A stretch of 64,000 bases of DNA from an uncultured Clostridium sp. Lineage in GTDB: Bacteria > Bacillota > Clostridia > TANB77 > CAG-508. Every line of letters begins with the position of its first letter. Position 1 is the first letter of the stretch. Location: positions 1,580-65,579 of the forward strand of contig URZW01000007.1 in the NCBI GenBank assembly GCA_900552555.1. Reading direction: 5' to 3'. A model generated the notes under the pieces. The model was not told the DNA's origin, did no database searches, and saw only the letters and a program-made list of their open reading frames with translations. The translations under genes and the position numbers were made by a program. Shown here piece by piece: positions 1-8,996 of the stretch.

Positions 1-336
1 AACTCCTGTCCATAATACTTTCCAAATAGACCTCTACAAGTTTATTTTATCATTTAAATTCATTTTTTATTCGAGGATAAACACCCTAATTAAAAATATA
101 GTTTTATAAAATACCCACCATTCCTAAAACAAAAATGGCTTTGTTTCCTACTTTGTTATAACACCCTTACCAAATCAGTAGGCTATTTGGTTCGGATGAC
201 GCCGCAAACTAGGCAGCGTAAGCTAATTCTTCATTGTTAGCGTTTATTTTTAGTTTCTCGTTTATTTAAGTGGCCAACGAGAATCCACTACTTGCTATCT
301 ATTTTTCTGGTAATATGTCGAAACCTTTACATCCCC
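1..336 (-). ncRNA. ssrA: tmRNA (SsrA), 3' end cut by window edge
   Basis: The reverse complement from 336 reads GGGGATGTAAAGGTTTCGAC, the canonical tmRNA 5' end. The internal tag frame GCT AAC AAT GAA GAA TTA GCT TAC GCT GCC TAG (241..209) encodes ANNEELAYAA*. The reverse complement of 1..11 (GGACAGGAGTT) looks like the start of the T-arm. Confidence 0.9.
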
Positions 337-595
337 ATATTACTTAATTATTATACTATATTTAAACTTGTTTATCAATATTTATTTTGAGAAAATTAAA
401 AAATAAATAAATCTTTGTTACAATTCACTTCTTATAAATTTCAAATATATATTTTATTATACTGTGAATTGAAAAAATATATTGAAAAACTATGTAAAAC
501 ATGATAAGATTGTTGAGTAACTAAAATATCTTGCTAATAAGCAAGCTTTATATGTAACAACTTTTAACAATGAATATTGTGAAGGAGGAAAAAAT

Positions 596-1174
596 ATGGA
601 AATTGATTTAACCAAACTGGAAACAGAGGTAAAAATTGTGATGGCGGGTTCTGCTATGATACCAATTGAGGCTCTTGACTTTTTTTCTAGAGATAAAAGT
701 CAAGAGGTTCGGGCAAGTGCATTTGCTAATTTGATTGCAACTGAAGAAATTTTAGATAGGGGGTTGAAAGACGAAGTGACAGCTGTTAAGATTGCAGCAC
801 TTCGAAATCCAAACGTTTCAGGTGAACAAATAGATAGGACAGTAAGAGAGAATGAGGATAATGATGATGTAAAGTTTTATGCTGCAAAGAGCCCCAATGC
901 ATTGGAGAAAACATTAGATTATCTGGCACATGACAAACATCCTGTAATTAGAAGATGTGTTGCTTGGAATCCCATTACACCATCAGGTATTTTAAGATGG
1001 TTGGGAAATAATAAAGACAGCGGATTTTCTGTTCGGTTACAGGTTGAAGATAATGAAAATACCCCTAAAGATGTAAGAAATAGATTAAAAAAAGAACTTC
1101 CAAGTGGACGGATAGCTCTCGAACCATCCATAGAGCTTCTCCATAATTGGGGTGAGCCGGAGGACGATGATTAA
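596..1174 (+). CDS. Repeat protein (leucine-rich-repeat-variant / HEAT-like), hypothetical
   Basis: Iterated units occur: VRASAFANL, VKIAALRNPNV, VKFYAAKSPNA, VIRRCVAWNPIT. A GAAGGAGG RBS lies upstream. The region is visibly more GC-rich than its neighbours. Confidence 0.6.
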   Translation: MEIDLTKLETEVKIVMAGSAMIPIEALDFFSRDKSQEVRASAFANLIATEEILDRGLKDEVTAVKIAALRNPNVSGEQIDRTVRENEDNDDVKFYAAKSPNALEKTLDYLAHDKHPVIRRCVAWNPITPSGILRWLGNNKDSGFSVRLQVEDNENTPKDVRNRLKKELPSGRIALEPSIELLHNWGEPEDDD

Positions 1175-1185
1175 ATTAATTAATA

Positions 1186-1225
1186 GAAATAGCCTACTTT
1201 TTTGTAGGCTATTTCTATTTTTCTC
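1186..1225 (+). terminator. Rho-independent terminator
   Basis: Hairpin GAAATAGCCTAC-TTTTTT-GTAGGCTATTTC is followed by a T-rich tract. Confidence 0.7.
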
Positions 1226-1247
1226 CAATCAAACAAATATAATATCA

Positions 1248-1467
1248 TATAATGTTTTCCTTATGGTAGTTTGCAGTATAATGGTATTTTTAATTGCCTT
1301 CGGTTCAATACACAATATAATAATTTCTAAAATCTTTTTTGGACTCCCTTCCACTAAAGTGAACTCTTGTCCAAAAAAGATTTAATAAATTTTAATATTG
1401 TTTCAATCACATTCAGACAATTTAAAAATTCCATTATACCGCAAACTACCATAAGAAAAACATTATA
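1248..1467. repeat. Long rod-like palindromic element, family PE-1, copy a
   Basis: The 123-nt core (1294..1416) is identical to 22150..22272. About 38-nt inverted arms start TTATGGTAGTTTGC. The apical 15-bp stem is 1330..1344 / 1369..1383. The track ORFs 1152..1385(+) and 1354..1611(-) are mirror-image artefacts of the palindrome. Confidence 0.85.
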
Positions 1468-1570
1468 TAGTAACACAGACTGTAAATTTTCTGTAAAATC
1501 TCTTGTAAAATTCCATAACTTGGTGTAAAATACGAATAATTGCAAATAATAATAGGAGGAAAAAATAAAA

Positions 1571-2632
1571 ATGAGATTTGTAGAAGATGAAGACTCGAAA
1601 CAACAATACAAAAAATTTTTAGAAGGACACGAAAGATGTAACTTTCAACAATCATTAGAATGGGCAGAAATAAAGAAACCAAACTGGAAACCAGAAGTAA
1701 TATTAGCAGAAGACGAAGACAAAAACATAATAGGATCACTATGTGTATGGATAAGAAAAATGCCAATATTTGGTAACATTATGTATGCATCAAGAGGACC
1801 AGTATGTGACATACATGACATATCAGTAATGAAACAATTAACAGATGGAGCAAAAGAACTAGCAAAAAAATACAATGCAATAGGACTAAGAATAGAACCA
1901 GATATAGAAAAAGACGATAAAGCATTTAGAGATATAGTAACAAATTTAGGATACAAAATAAAAGATGATGCAAAAGACTTTAAAGACGAAATTCAACCAA
2001 GATTTGTATTCAGATTAGATATAAAAGATAAAACAGAAGAAGAAATAATGGCAGGATTTCATCAAAAATGGAGATATAATATTCGTCTAGCAGGAAGAAA
2101 AGGAGTAACAGTAAAAGAAGGAACAAGAGAAGACTTAAAAGACTTCCACAAAATCATGATAGAAACAGGAAACAGAGATGGATTTATAACAAGACCATTA
2201 TCATATTTTGAAAAAATGTATGATAACATGGTACCAGATGGACATATGAAATTATTAATGGCTTATTATGATGGAAAGCCAATATCAGGTGTAATACCAA
2301 TATTTTATGGAAATAAAACATGGTATTTATATGGAGCAAGTAGTAATCAACACAGAAATTTAATGCCAAACTATTTATTACAATGGGAAATGATAAAAAT
2401 GGCAATAGCAAGACATGATGATATATATGACTTTAGAGGTGTATCTGGAGTAGTTGACGAAAACCATCCACAATATGGATTATATAGATTTAAAAAAGGG
2501 TTCGGAGCAAAATTTACAGAGTTTATAGGTGAGATATACATACCATTTAAACCAGTTAAATATAGATTATACAAATTCTCAGAAAAAGCATTTAGAACAT
2601 TAAGACAAATGAAGAGAAAAATGTCCTTTTAG
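1571..2632 (+). CDS. FemAB-family peptidoglycan interpeptide-bridge aminoacyltransferase
   Basis: The N-terminal FQQSLEWAEIK motif and overall layout are typical of FemX/FemAB. An AGGAGG RBS is present. The last three codons and the stop (ATG TCC TTT TAG) lie inside a REP unit. Confidence 0.8.
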   Translation: MRFVEDEDSKQQYKKFLEGHERCNFQQSLEWAEIKKPNWKPEVILAEDEDKNIIGSLCVWIRKMPIFGNIMYASRGPVCDIHDISVMKQLTDGAKELAKKYNAIGLRIEPDIEKDDKAFRDIVTNLGYKIKDDAKDFKDEIQPRFVFRLDIKDKTEEEIMAGFHQKWRYNIRLAGRKGVTVKEGTREDLKDFHKIMIETGNRDGFITRPLSYFEKMYDNMVPDGHMKLLMAYYDGKPISGVIPIFYGNKTWYLYGASSNQHRNLMPNYLLQWEMIKMAIARHDDIYDFRGVSGVVDENHPQYGLYRFKKGFGAKFTEFIGEIYIPFKPVKYRLYKFSEKAFRTLRQMKRKMSF

Positions 2633-2758
2633 GGACGGTTCTTTTTGGGACATCATGTAAAAAAATTACAGTTTTTAATATACTATATATATCAATATTT
2701 AGAGGTAATTACAAATTTTGGAAAAATGTCCTTTTGAGAACCGTCCCCCAAAAGGACA
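2621..2758. repeat. REP family A inverted doublet (REPIN-like)
   Basis: ATGTCCTTTTAGGGACGGTTCTTTTTGGGACAT (2621..2653) is paired with its near reverse complement ATGTCCTTTTGAGAACCGTCCCCCAAAAGGACA (2726..2758). The spacer is 72 nt. Confidence 0.85.
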
Positions 2759-2763
2759 AAAAA

Positions 2764-3903
2764 ATGGAGGAAAATGTGAAAGCAGTAGTAATAAATAAAG
2801 AAGATTTAAGATACAACATTGAAAAAATCAAAGAATATGCAGAAAAAAACTTGCCAGATGATAATGGAAAAAAAACAAAAATAATAGCTGTTGTTAAGGC
2901 GAATGGATATGGATTAGGAATTGAAAAATATTCAAGATTTTTAGTGGATAATGGAATTGATTTTCTTGCAGTTGCAACAATTGAAGAGGCATTAAAAATA
3001 AGACAATCAGGTATCACAGAAAAAGATGCAAAAATTTTAATGTTATCTTCAACAGCTATAAAAGAAGACATAAAAACACTAATAGGAAATGATATAATAT
3101 TAACAATTGGTTCAAAAGAGGCAGCAGAAGCGATTGATAAAATTGGACAAGACATGAATAAAAAAATAAAAGTTCATTTAAAAATTGATACAGGTTTTGG
3201 AAGATATGGTTTTATTTATAGTGATAGAGAAGAAATAATAAAAATAATTAAACCATTAAAAAACATAAAAATAGAAGGAACATTTACACATTTTTCAAAT
3301 TCATATTATGATGATAAATATACAAAAATACAGTTTGATAGATTTATAGATTGTATAGAAACATTAAAAATGAATGAAATAGAAACAGGAATGTTACATG
3401 TATGTAATACATCCGCATTTATAAAATTTCCACAAATGCATCTAAATGCAGTAAGAATTGGTTCAGCTTTTACAGGTAGAATATCTTTTAAAAACTCAAT
3501 GGGATTAAGAAAAATAGGATATTTAAAAGCTAATGTGGCAGAAATAAAAGAGTTACCAAAAGATTTTAATGTTGGATATTCTAATGCATTTAAAACCAAA
3601 AGCAAAACTAAAGTAGCAATAATACCTTGTGGATATATGGATGGTGTAAATATTCAAACTGGTAGAGATATGTTTAGAACTGTTGATAAAATAAGATATA
3701 TTGTAAGGGACATAAAAGATGCGTTTAAAAAGCAACAAATTTTTGTGACAATAAATGGTAAGAGGTGTCAAATTTTAGGAAGAGTAGGAACATATCATGT
3801 TACTGTTGATATATCAGGCAATGATGTAAAAATTGGTGATGAAGTTATTTTTAATGCAAATATAAAACATATTGATAGTAGTATTAGAAGGGAGTGGAAC
3901 TAA
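2764..3903 (+). CDS. alr: Alanine racemase
   Basis: The PLP-lysine motif AVVKANGYGLG is present. I prefer the start at ATG 2764 (MEENVKAVV). The track start at 2734 is a read-through of the REP unit. Confidence 0.85.
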   Translation: MEENVKAVVINKEDLRYNIEKIKEYAEKNLPDDNGKKTKIIAVVKANGYGLGIEKYSRFLVDNGIDFLAVATIEEALKIRQSGITEKDAKILMLSSTAIKEDIKTLIGNDIILTIGSKEAAEAIDKIGQDMNKKIKVHLKIDTGFGRYGFIYSDREEIIKIIKPLKNIKIEGTFTHFSNSYYDDKYTKIQFDRFIDCIETLKMNEIETGMLHVCNTSAFIKFPQMHLNAVRIGSAFTGRISFKNSMGLRKIGYLKANVAEIKELPKDFNVGYSNAFKTKSKTKVAIIPCGYMDGVNIQTGRDMFRTVDKIRYIVRDIKDAFKKQQIFVTINGKRCQILGRVGTYHVTVDISGNDVKIGDEVIFNANIKHIDSSIRREWN

Positions 3904-3904
3904 T

Positions 3905-5017
3905 ATGAAGAAAAAGATGGATAGTGATAACAAAAATACAGAAAAAGAAAATAAAGCAGAAAAAGTAAAAAAAGTAGAAAAAGTTGATAATGAAACAAAT
4001 GAATTGAAAAAGGGATTTTTCAAAAAAGTATGGTATTCGATTTATAAAATAGAAAAATATTCAGAATTATCAGCGGAAGGGTTTAAAATTGCAATAAAGT
4101 ATTTTGCAATATTGATATTAATAATAGCGGTTATGGCATCATTGGCATCAGTATATAAAACAACTTTAAAGGTAAATGATATTTCAAAATATATAAATGA
4201 TAAAGCTCCAGAATTATCATATAAAGATGGAACATTGTCAGTAGATTCTCAAGACGTAATAACAGATGAAGATAATGATTTTGGAAAAATTATAATAGAT
4301 ACAAATACAGATGATGAACAACAAATAAATCAATACATAAATGATGTAAATGAAGATGAAAACTCAGTAATAATATTAAAAAATAAAATGATATTAAAAG
4401 AAACAGGATTAAGTTCATCAGTAAATTATGAATATAAAGATTTATTTGGAGAATTGGGAATTACAGAGTTTAATAAACAGGATTTAGTAAATTATTTAAC
4501 AGGAAATAATATGATAAAAATATATACTAATTTATTTTTAACATTATTTGTATATGCATTTGCAATATATTTTATAAATACTTTATTTTATGTAATTATA
4601 ATAGCAATAATAGGTTATTTAGCAACAATGATATTAAGATTAAAAATAAGATTTGTTGCAGTGCTTAATATTGGAATATATGCAATAACATTACCAACAA
4701 TTTTAAATATGATTTATATAATAATAAATACATTATTTAACTATCAAATTAATTATTTTGAAGTTATGTACATTTTGGTAGCATCAATTTATGTGATAGC
4801 TGCAATATTTATATTAAAAATGGAATTTGATAAAAAACAAGGAGAAGTTCAAAAAATTGTTGAAGTTGAAAAGGAAGTAAAAGAGGAAGCAGAAAAGCAA
4901 GAAGAGAAAGAAGAAAATAAGGATACAGAAAAAAATAAAGATACAAGTAAAAACAAGAAAGAAGATAAAAAAGAAGAAACAGAAGATGGAGGAGAACCTG
5001 AAGGTTCAAATGCTTAA
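3905..5017 (+). CDS. Multi-pass membrane protein with K/E-rich termini (DUF1189-like by appearance)
   Basis: ATG 3905 follows the alr stop (3901..3903). Several hydrophobic helices lie in the C-terminal half. The family assignment was not verified. Confidence 0.6.
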   Translation: MKKKMDSDNKNTEKENKAEKVKKVEKVDNETNELKKGFFKKVWYSIYKIEKYSELSAEGFKIAIKYFAILILIIAVMASLASVYKTTLKVNDISKYINDKAPELSYKDGTLSVDSQDVITDEDNDFGKIIIDTNTDDEQQINQYINDVNEDENSVIILKNKMILKETGLSSSVNYEYKDLFGELGITEFNKQDLVNYLTGNNMIKIYTNLFLTLFVYAFAIYFINTLFYVIIIAIIGYLATMILRLKIRFVAVLNIGIYAITLPTILNMIYIIINTLFNYQINYFEVMYILVASIYVIAAIFILKMEFDKKQGEVQKIVEVEKEVKEEAEKQEEKEENKDTEKNKDTSKNKKEDKKEETEDGGEPEGSNA

Positions 5018-5097
5018 TATCATTTGATATTAGATTATAATGGTTTATAGGTGTATCCTCATACAAAAACCTAAATATATTATAAGGAACAATATAA

Positions 5098-6888
5098 ATG
5101 GATAAAAAGAAAAATAGCAAAGATAACAAAAAAATATTGATATCATCAATTGCTTTGATTGCATTAGTTGTAATTTTGGCAGGAATAGCTATTTATTATA
5201 TGAGCAAAAATCAAAGTAAAGATGATAAAACATTAGCATATACAGATTTAATAAAAGAAATGTCATATGGAAATATAGAAAAAATTGAAATGACAGTAGG
5301 AAGTACATCTGTAAAAGTAAAAATGAAAAATGTAGATGAAGAAAAAAAATCAGTAGTTCCAAATACGGAAGCATTTATTGAATTAGTACAGCAAAAGGTA
5401 GCAGAAGGAAATGAAATAGAATTAATACAAAAACCCAAAAGTGTTGTGACACAAATTTCATCAACATTATTTGCATTACTTCCAACAATAATAATGGTTG
5501 CATTATTTGTAATGATTTTTAAAATGCAAGGTTTGGGAGAAAAAGGTCAAGTATATGATGATACAGAAAGAAAAACAAAAATAAAATTTAAAGATGTTGC
5601 TGGATTAGATGAAGAAAAAGAGGAATTAATAGAAATAGTTGATTTCTTGAAGAAACCTGAAAAATTCAGTAGAATGGGTGCTAAGATTCCAAAAGGTGTT
5701 TTGTTATATGGAAAACCTGGAACAGGTAAAACATTAATAGCAAAGGCAATTGCTGGTGAAGCAGATGTGCCATTCATATCAATGAGTGGTTCAGAATTTA
5801 TTGAAATGTTTGCTGGACTTGGTGCTTCAAGAGTTAGAAAATTATTTGAAAAGGCAAGAAAATTATCACCTTGCATAGTATTTATAGATGAAATAGATGC
5901 AATAGGAGCTAGAAGAACGTCAAACAGTGGTGCAGAAACAGAAAATAACCAAACATTAAACCAATTATTAGTTGAGATGGACGGTTTTAGTTCAGAGGAA
6001 ACGATAATAGTATTAGCTGCAACAAATAGACCTGAAATGCTTGATAAAGCTTTATTGAGACCAGGAAGATTTGATAGACAAATAACAATTCCAGTTCCTG
6101 ATTTAAAAGGAAGATTGGAAATTTTAAAAATTCATGCTGAAGATAAAAAATTGGCTGAGGATGTTAACTTGGAAAGCATTGCAGAAGATACAGCAGGATT
6201 TACAGGTGCAGAACTTGCCAATATTTTAAATGAAGCGGCAATTATAGCAACAATTAATAAACATGATGAAATAGAAAATTCTGATATAGAAGAAGCAGTT
6301 AAAAAGGTAACAGTAGGACTTGAAAAGAAAACAAGAGTATATTCAGAAAAAGATAAAAAATTAACAGCATACCATGAAGCGGGACATGCAGTTGTAAGTA
6401 GATATTTACCAACACAAACAGATGTAAAAGAAGTATCTATTATACCAAGAGGTGTTGCTGGTGGATATACAATGTATAAATCTGACGAAGATAAATATTA
6501 TATATCAAAAACAGAAATGAAAGAAAAATTGGTTGCATTACTTGGTGGTAGAGCTGCTGAAAAATTGGTTTTAGATGATATTTCAACAGGTGCTAGCAAT
6601 GATATAGAGGTTGCAACAAAAATAGCAAGAGAAATGGTTACAAAATATGGTATGAGTGACAACCTAGGACCAATTGATTTCCAAGGTAAAGAACAAAATG
6701 ATATGTTTGTTTTTGGTGAAAATATTGGTGATAAAATTGGGGCAGAGGTTAAGTCATTAATTGATGAGGCATATGTTAATGCTCAAAAATTGTTAATTGA
6801 ACATAGAGATAAATTAGATGCTATTGCTCAAACATTACTTGTTCAAGAGAAGATAAATGAACAAGAATTTAATAAAATTTTTGAATAA
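5098..6888 (+). CDS. ftsH: ATP-dependent zinc metalloprotease FtsH (paralogue 1)
   Basis: Contains an N-terminal TM segment, Walker A GKPGTGKT, Walker B IVFIDEIDA and the zinc motif HEAGHAVV. Confidence 0.92.
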   Translation: MDKKKNSKDNKKILISSIALIALVVILAGIAIYYMSKNQSKDDKTLAYTDLIKEMSYGNIEKIEMTVGSTSVKVKMKNVDEEKKSVVPNTEAFIELVQQKVAEGNEIELIQKPKSVVTQISSTLFALLPTIIMVALFVMIFKMQGLGEKGQVYDDTERKTKIKFKDVAGLDEEKEELIEIVDFLKKPEKFSRMGAKIPKGVLLYGKPGTGKTLIAKAIAGEADVPFISMSGSEFIEMFAGLGASRVRKLFEKARKLSPCIVFIDEIDAIGARRTSNSGAETENNQTLNQLLVEMDGFSSEETIIVLAATNRPEMLDKALLRPGRFDRQITIPVPDLKGRLEILKIHAEDKKLAEDVNLESIAEDTAGFTGAELANILNEAAIIATINKHDEIENSDIEEAVKKVTVGLEKKTRVYSEKDKKLTAYHEAGHAVVSRYLPTQTDVKEVSIIPRGVAGGYTMYKSDEDKYYISKTEMKEKLVALLGGRAAEKLVLDDISTGASNDIEVATKIAREMVTKYGMSDNLGPIDFQGKEQNDMFVFGENIGDKIGAEVKSLIDEAYVNAQKLLIEHRDKLDAIAQTLLVQEKINEQEFNKIFE

Positions 6889-6890
6889 TA

Positions 6891-6928
6891 AAAAGCTGTC
6901 CAAAATAAATCTTTTGGATAGCTTTTTA
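6891..6928. terminator. Bidirectional terminator hairpin
   Basis: AAAAGCTGTCCAAAA-TAAATC-TTTTGGATAGCTTTT. Confidence 0.7.
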
Positions 6929-6930
6929 AT

Positions 6931-7161
6931 TTACAGTACGGCGGAAATTGTTAAGTTTAACAATTTCTCGTATAATTTTTTTGACCCCTCAACCGAAGGG
7001 AGTATTGCAGTATTTGTGTCGTAACTAAGTTCTCCTTTCAACTCTGCAATATATTTGCAGATAAGTGACATGTTTGGAGAAAACACATCATAGCCACAAC
7101 TTATAGTGGTTGCAATTGGTGTGTCTTTTACTTTAATCTTGAATTGATATGGTGTCTTCAT
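6931..7161 (-). CDS. Hypothetical small protein (76 aa)
   Basis: Its own promoter on the minus strand is TTGACT-17nt-TAATAT. GC is locally higher. I recognise no family. Confidence 0.4.
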   Translation of the reverse strand: MKTPYQFKIKVKDTPIATTISCGYDVFSPNMSLICKYIAELKGELSYDTNTAILPSVEGSKKLYEKLLNLTISAVL

Positions 7162-7243
7162 ATAAAACTGCCTGCCTTTCTTTTTGGTGCATATGTTTTT
7201 AACAACAATAATATATTACCAAATTTTAGGCAAAAAGTCAAAT

Positions 7244-8671
7244 TTACATAATTAACAATTCTCTGATAGCTCTACAATAAATTTCATAAGCTAATAACAA
7301 ATTATCAATAGAAATAAATTCATCAGTTTGATGGCACATATCTTTTTGACCAGGTAAATTTGCTCCAAAAGAAACAAAATTATCAAAAGCACGAGCATAA
7401 GTAGCACCACCAATAGCAATAGGTTCTGCGTTAGAGTTAGTAACATCGTTATAAATTTTGCAAAGAGTTTTTACCAAAAATGAATCTTTTGGAATATGTA
7501 AAGGATTCATTTTTCCAGCAAGTTCACAACGAATGTCACTATACTTTTTACTAACTTCTGTAAATTTATCGGCTATAAAATCAAAAGTAGTATTAATAGG
7601 AACTCTTAAATTAAATCCGATTTTTAATTCGTCATTTTTAAAATAAAATTTACCAACATTTAAAGTAAGTGAACCGGACTCGTCAGGAACATTGATGCCT
7701 AATTTATCTCCATTATAATCAAGTCCAATATATTGTGTAAATAAATCTAATAAAGGTATAACAATATTATAATTTTTAAATAATTTATTTAAAACAATTA
7801 TTAAATGTGATATCGCATTTATACCTAAATCAGGATGAGCAGCATGTGCTTGAATACCATGAGATATTATTTTTAATTGATTGTTATTCAAAATTTCAAT
7901 ATCAATTTTAAAAGAAAGTTTAGAAGCTGTATCTTTTATAAAAGATGTTACATCATTTATGTTGATATTGTTTTTTACTGAAATTATACAACTACAATAT
8001 TTTGGTACTACATTTAGCGGATTATTATTGCAGTTAATATCACTTAAAACAATATCTTTATTTTTAAAAGTAGAATAATCCATAATTAAAAATGGAGAGA
8101 TAAGGCCTTTTTCGGCATATATACAAGGAAAATCAGCATCAGGACTAAATCCTATTGAAGGAATTTCTTCATGTTCTTTATAATAATTAATACATTTCCA
8201 ATCTCTTTCTTCATTAAGTCCTAAGATTAATCTAACTCTTTTATTTATATTGATATTGTTTTCAGAACAATAGTCCATAACTGCTTTCATGGCGTATAGA
8301 CTAGCTATAACAGGGCCTTTGTCATCAATTGCACCTCTACCATAAATTTTATTATCTGCAATATGTGCTTCGAATGGAGGGTAAGTCCAGTTTTCACCTT
8401 CAGGTACTACATCTAGATGACCAACAATTCCAATTAGTTCAGTGCCTTCTCCAAATTCAATATAACCACAATAGCCGTCAATATTTTTGGTTTTAAATCC
8501 AAGTTTTTTTCCTAAATTTAGTGTGTATTCAAGGGCTTTTATGGTGTTTTTTCCAAATGGTTCGCTGGGGTTATTAGATTCTGAGTGAACACTTGGAATT
8601 TTGATTAATTCTTGCAAGTTTGTTATAAGTTCGTCTTTCTTTAAATATTTTTCAAACATATTATCATACAC
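7244..8671 (-). CDS. pepV: M20-family dipeptidase PepV-like
   Basis: The GHLDVVPEG..W..PPF motif, a length of 475 aa, and the catalytic and lid domain layout fit PepV. Confidence 0.85.
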   Translation of the reverse strand: MYDNMFEKYLKKDELITNLQELIKIPSVHSESNNPSEPFGKNTIKALEYTLNLGKKLGFKTKNIDGYCGYIEFGEGTELIGIVGHLDVVPEGENWTYPPFEAHIADNKIYGRGAIDDKGPVIASLYAMKAVMDYCSENNININKRVRLILGLNEERDWKCINYYKEHEEIPSIGFSPDADFPCIYAEKGLISPFLIMDYSTFKNKDIVLSDINCNNNPLNVVPKYCSCIISVKNNININDVTSFIKDTASKLSFKIDIEILNNNQLKIISHGIQAHAAHPDLGINAISHLIIVLNKLFKNYNIVIPLLDLFTQYIGLDYNGDKLGINVPDESGSLTLNVGKFYFKNDELKIGFNLRVPINTTFDFIADKFTEVSKKYSDIRCELAGKMNPLHIPKDSFLVKTLCKIYNDVTNSNAEPIAIGGATYARAFDNFVSFGANLPGQKDMCHQTDEFISIDNLLLAYEIYCRAIRELLIM

Positions 8672-8702
8672 CTTTCTATTTTATTTAACAAATACATTAT
8701 GG

Positions 8703-8900
8703 TTAAGTAATGAGAACGGTTGAGATAACTATAAATGATATTTTTCATAACGTTAACAAATTCTAATGTAAATACTCTAACAATACCCGAATACAGGACC
8801 CTTTAGAGCATTTACTTAAGAATTTGTAACACTATTTTGGTCACATTCGAAATATATTCAAAATATCATTTATACTTATTTTAATTATGCCCATTACTTT
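8703..8900 (+). repeat. Long palindromic element, family PE-2, copy a
   Basis: About 120 nt are near-identical to the reverse complement of 28551..28672. The central imperfect stem of about 27 bp is GTTAACAAATTCTAATGTAAATACTCT / AGAGCATTTACTTAAGAATTTGTAAC. It encloses the loop CAATACCCGAATACAGGACCC. Confidence 0.8.
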
Positions 8901-8996
8901 ACTGTAATACATTATATCATAAATTATATTAAAAAGGTTGAATAAAATGAACATTAATTATATAATAATCACAACAAAAACCAAGGAGGAAGAAAC

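Noticed and set aside
1-1174. A tmRNA-associated genomic island containing the GC-richer repeat protein.
   Set aside because: Islands integrate at the 3' end of ssrA, which lies outside the window. The repeat-protein gene is on the 5' side and no integrase is present.
1152-1611. Two track ORFs (1152..1385 + and 1354..1611 -) with near-identical peptide segments (YNVFLMVVC.IM.FL).
   Set aside because: The shared peptide is the two arms of the PE-1 palindrome read on opposite strands. It is not a duplicated gene.
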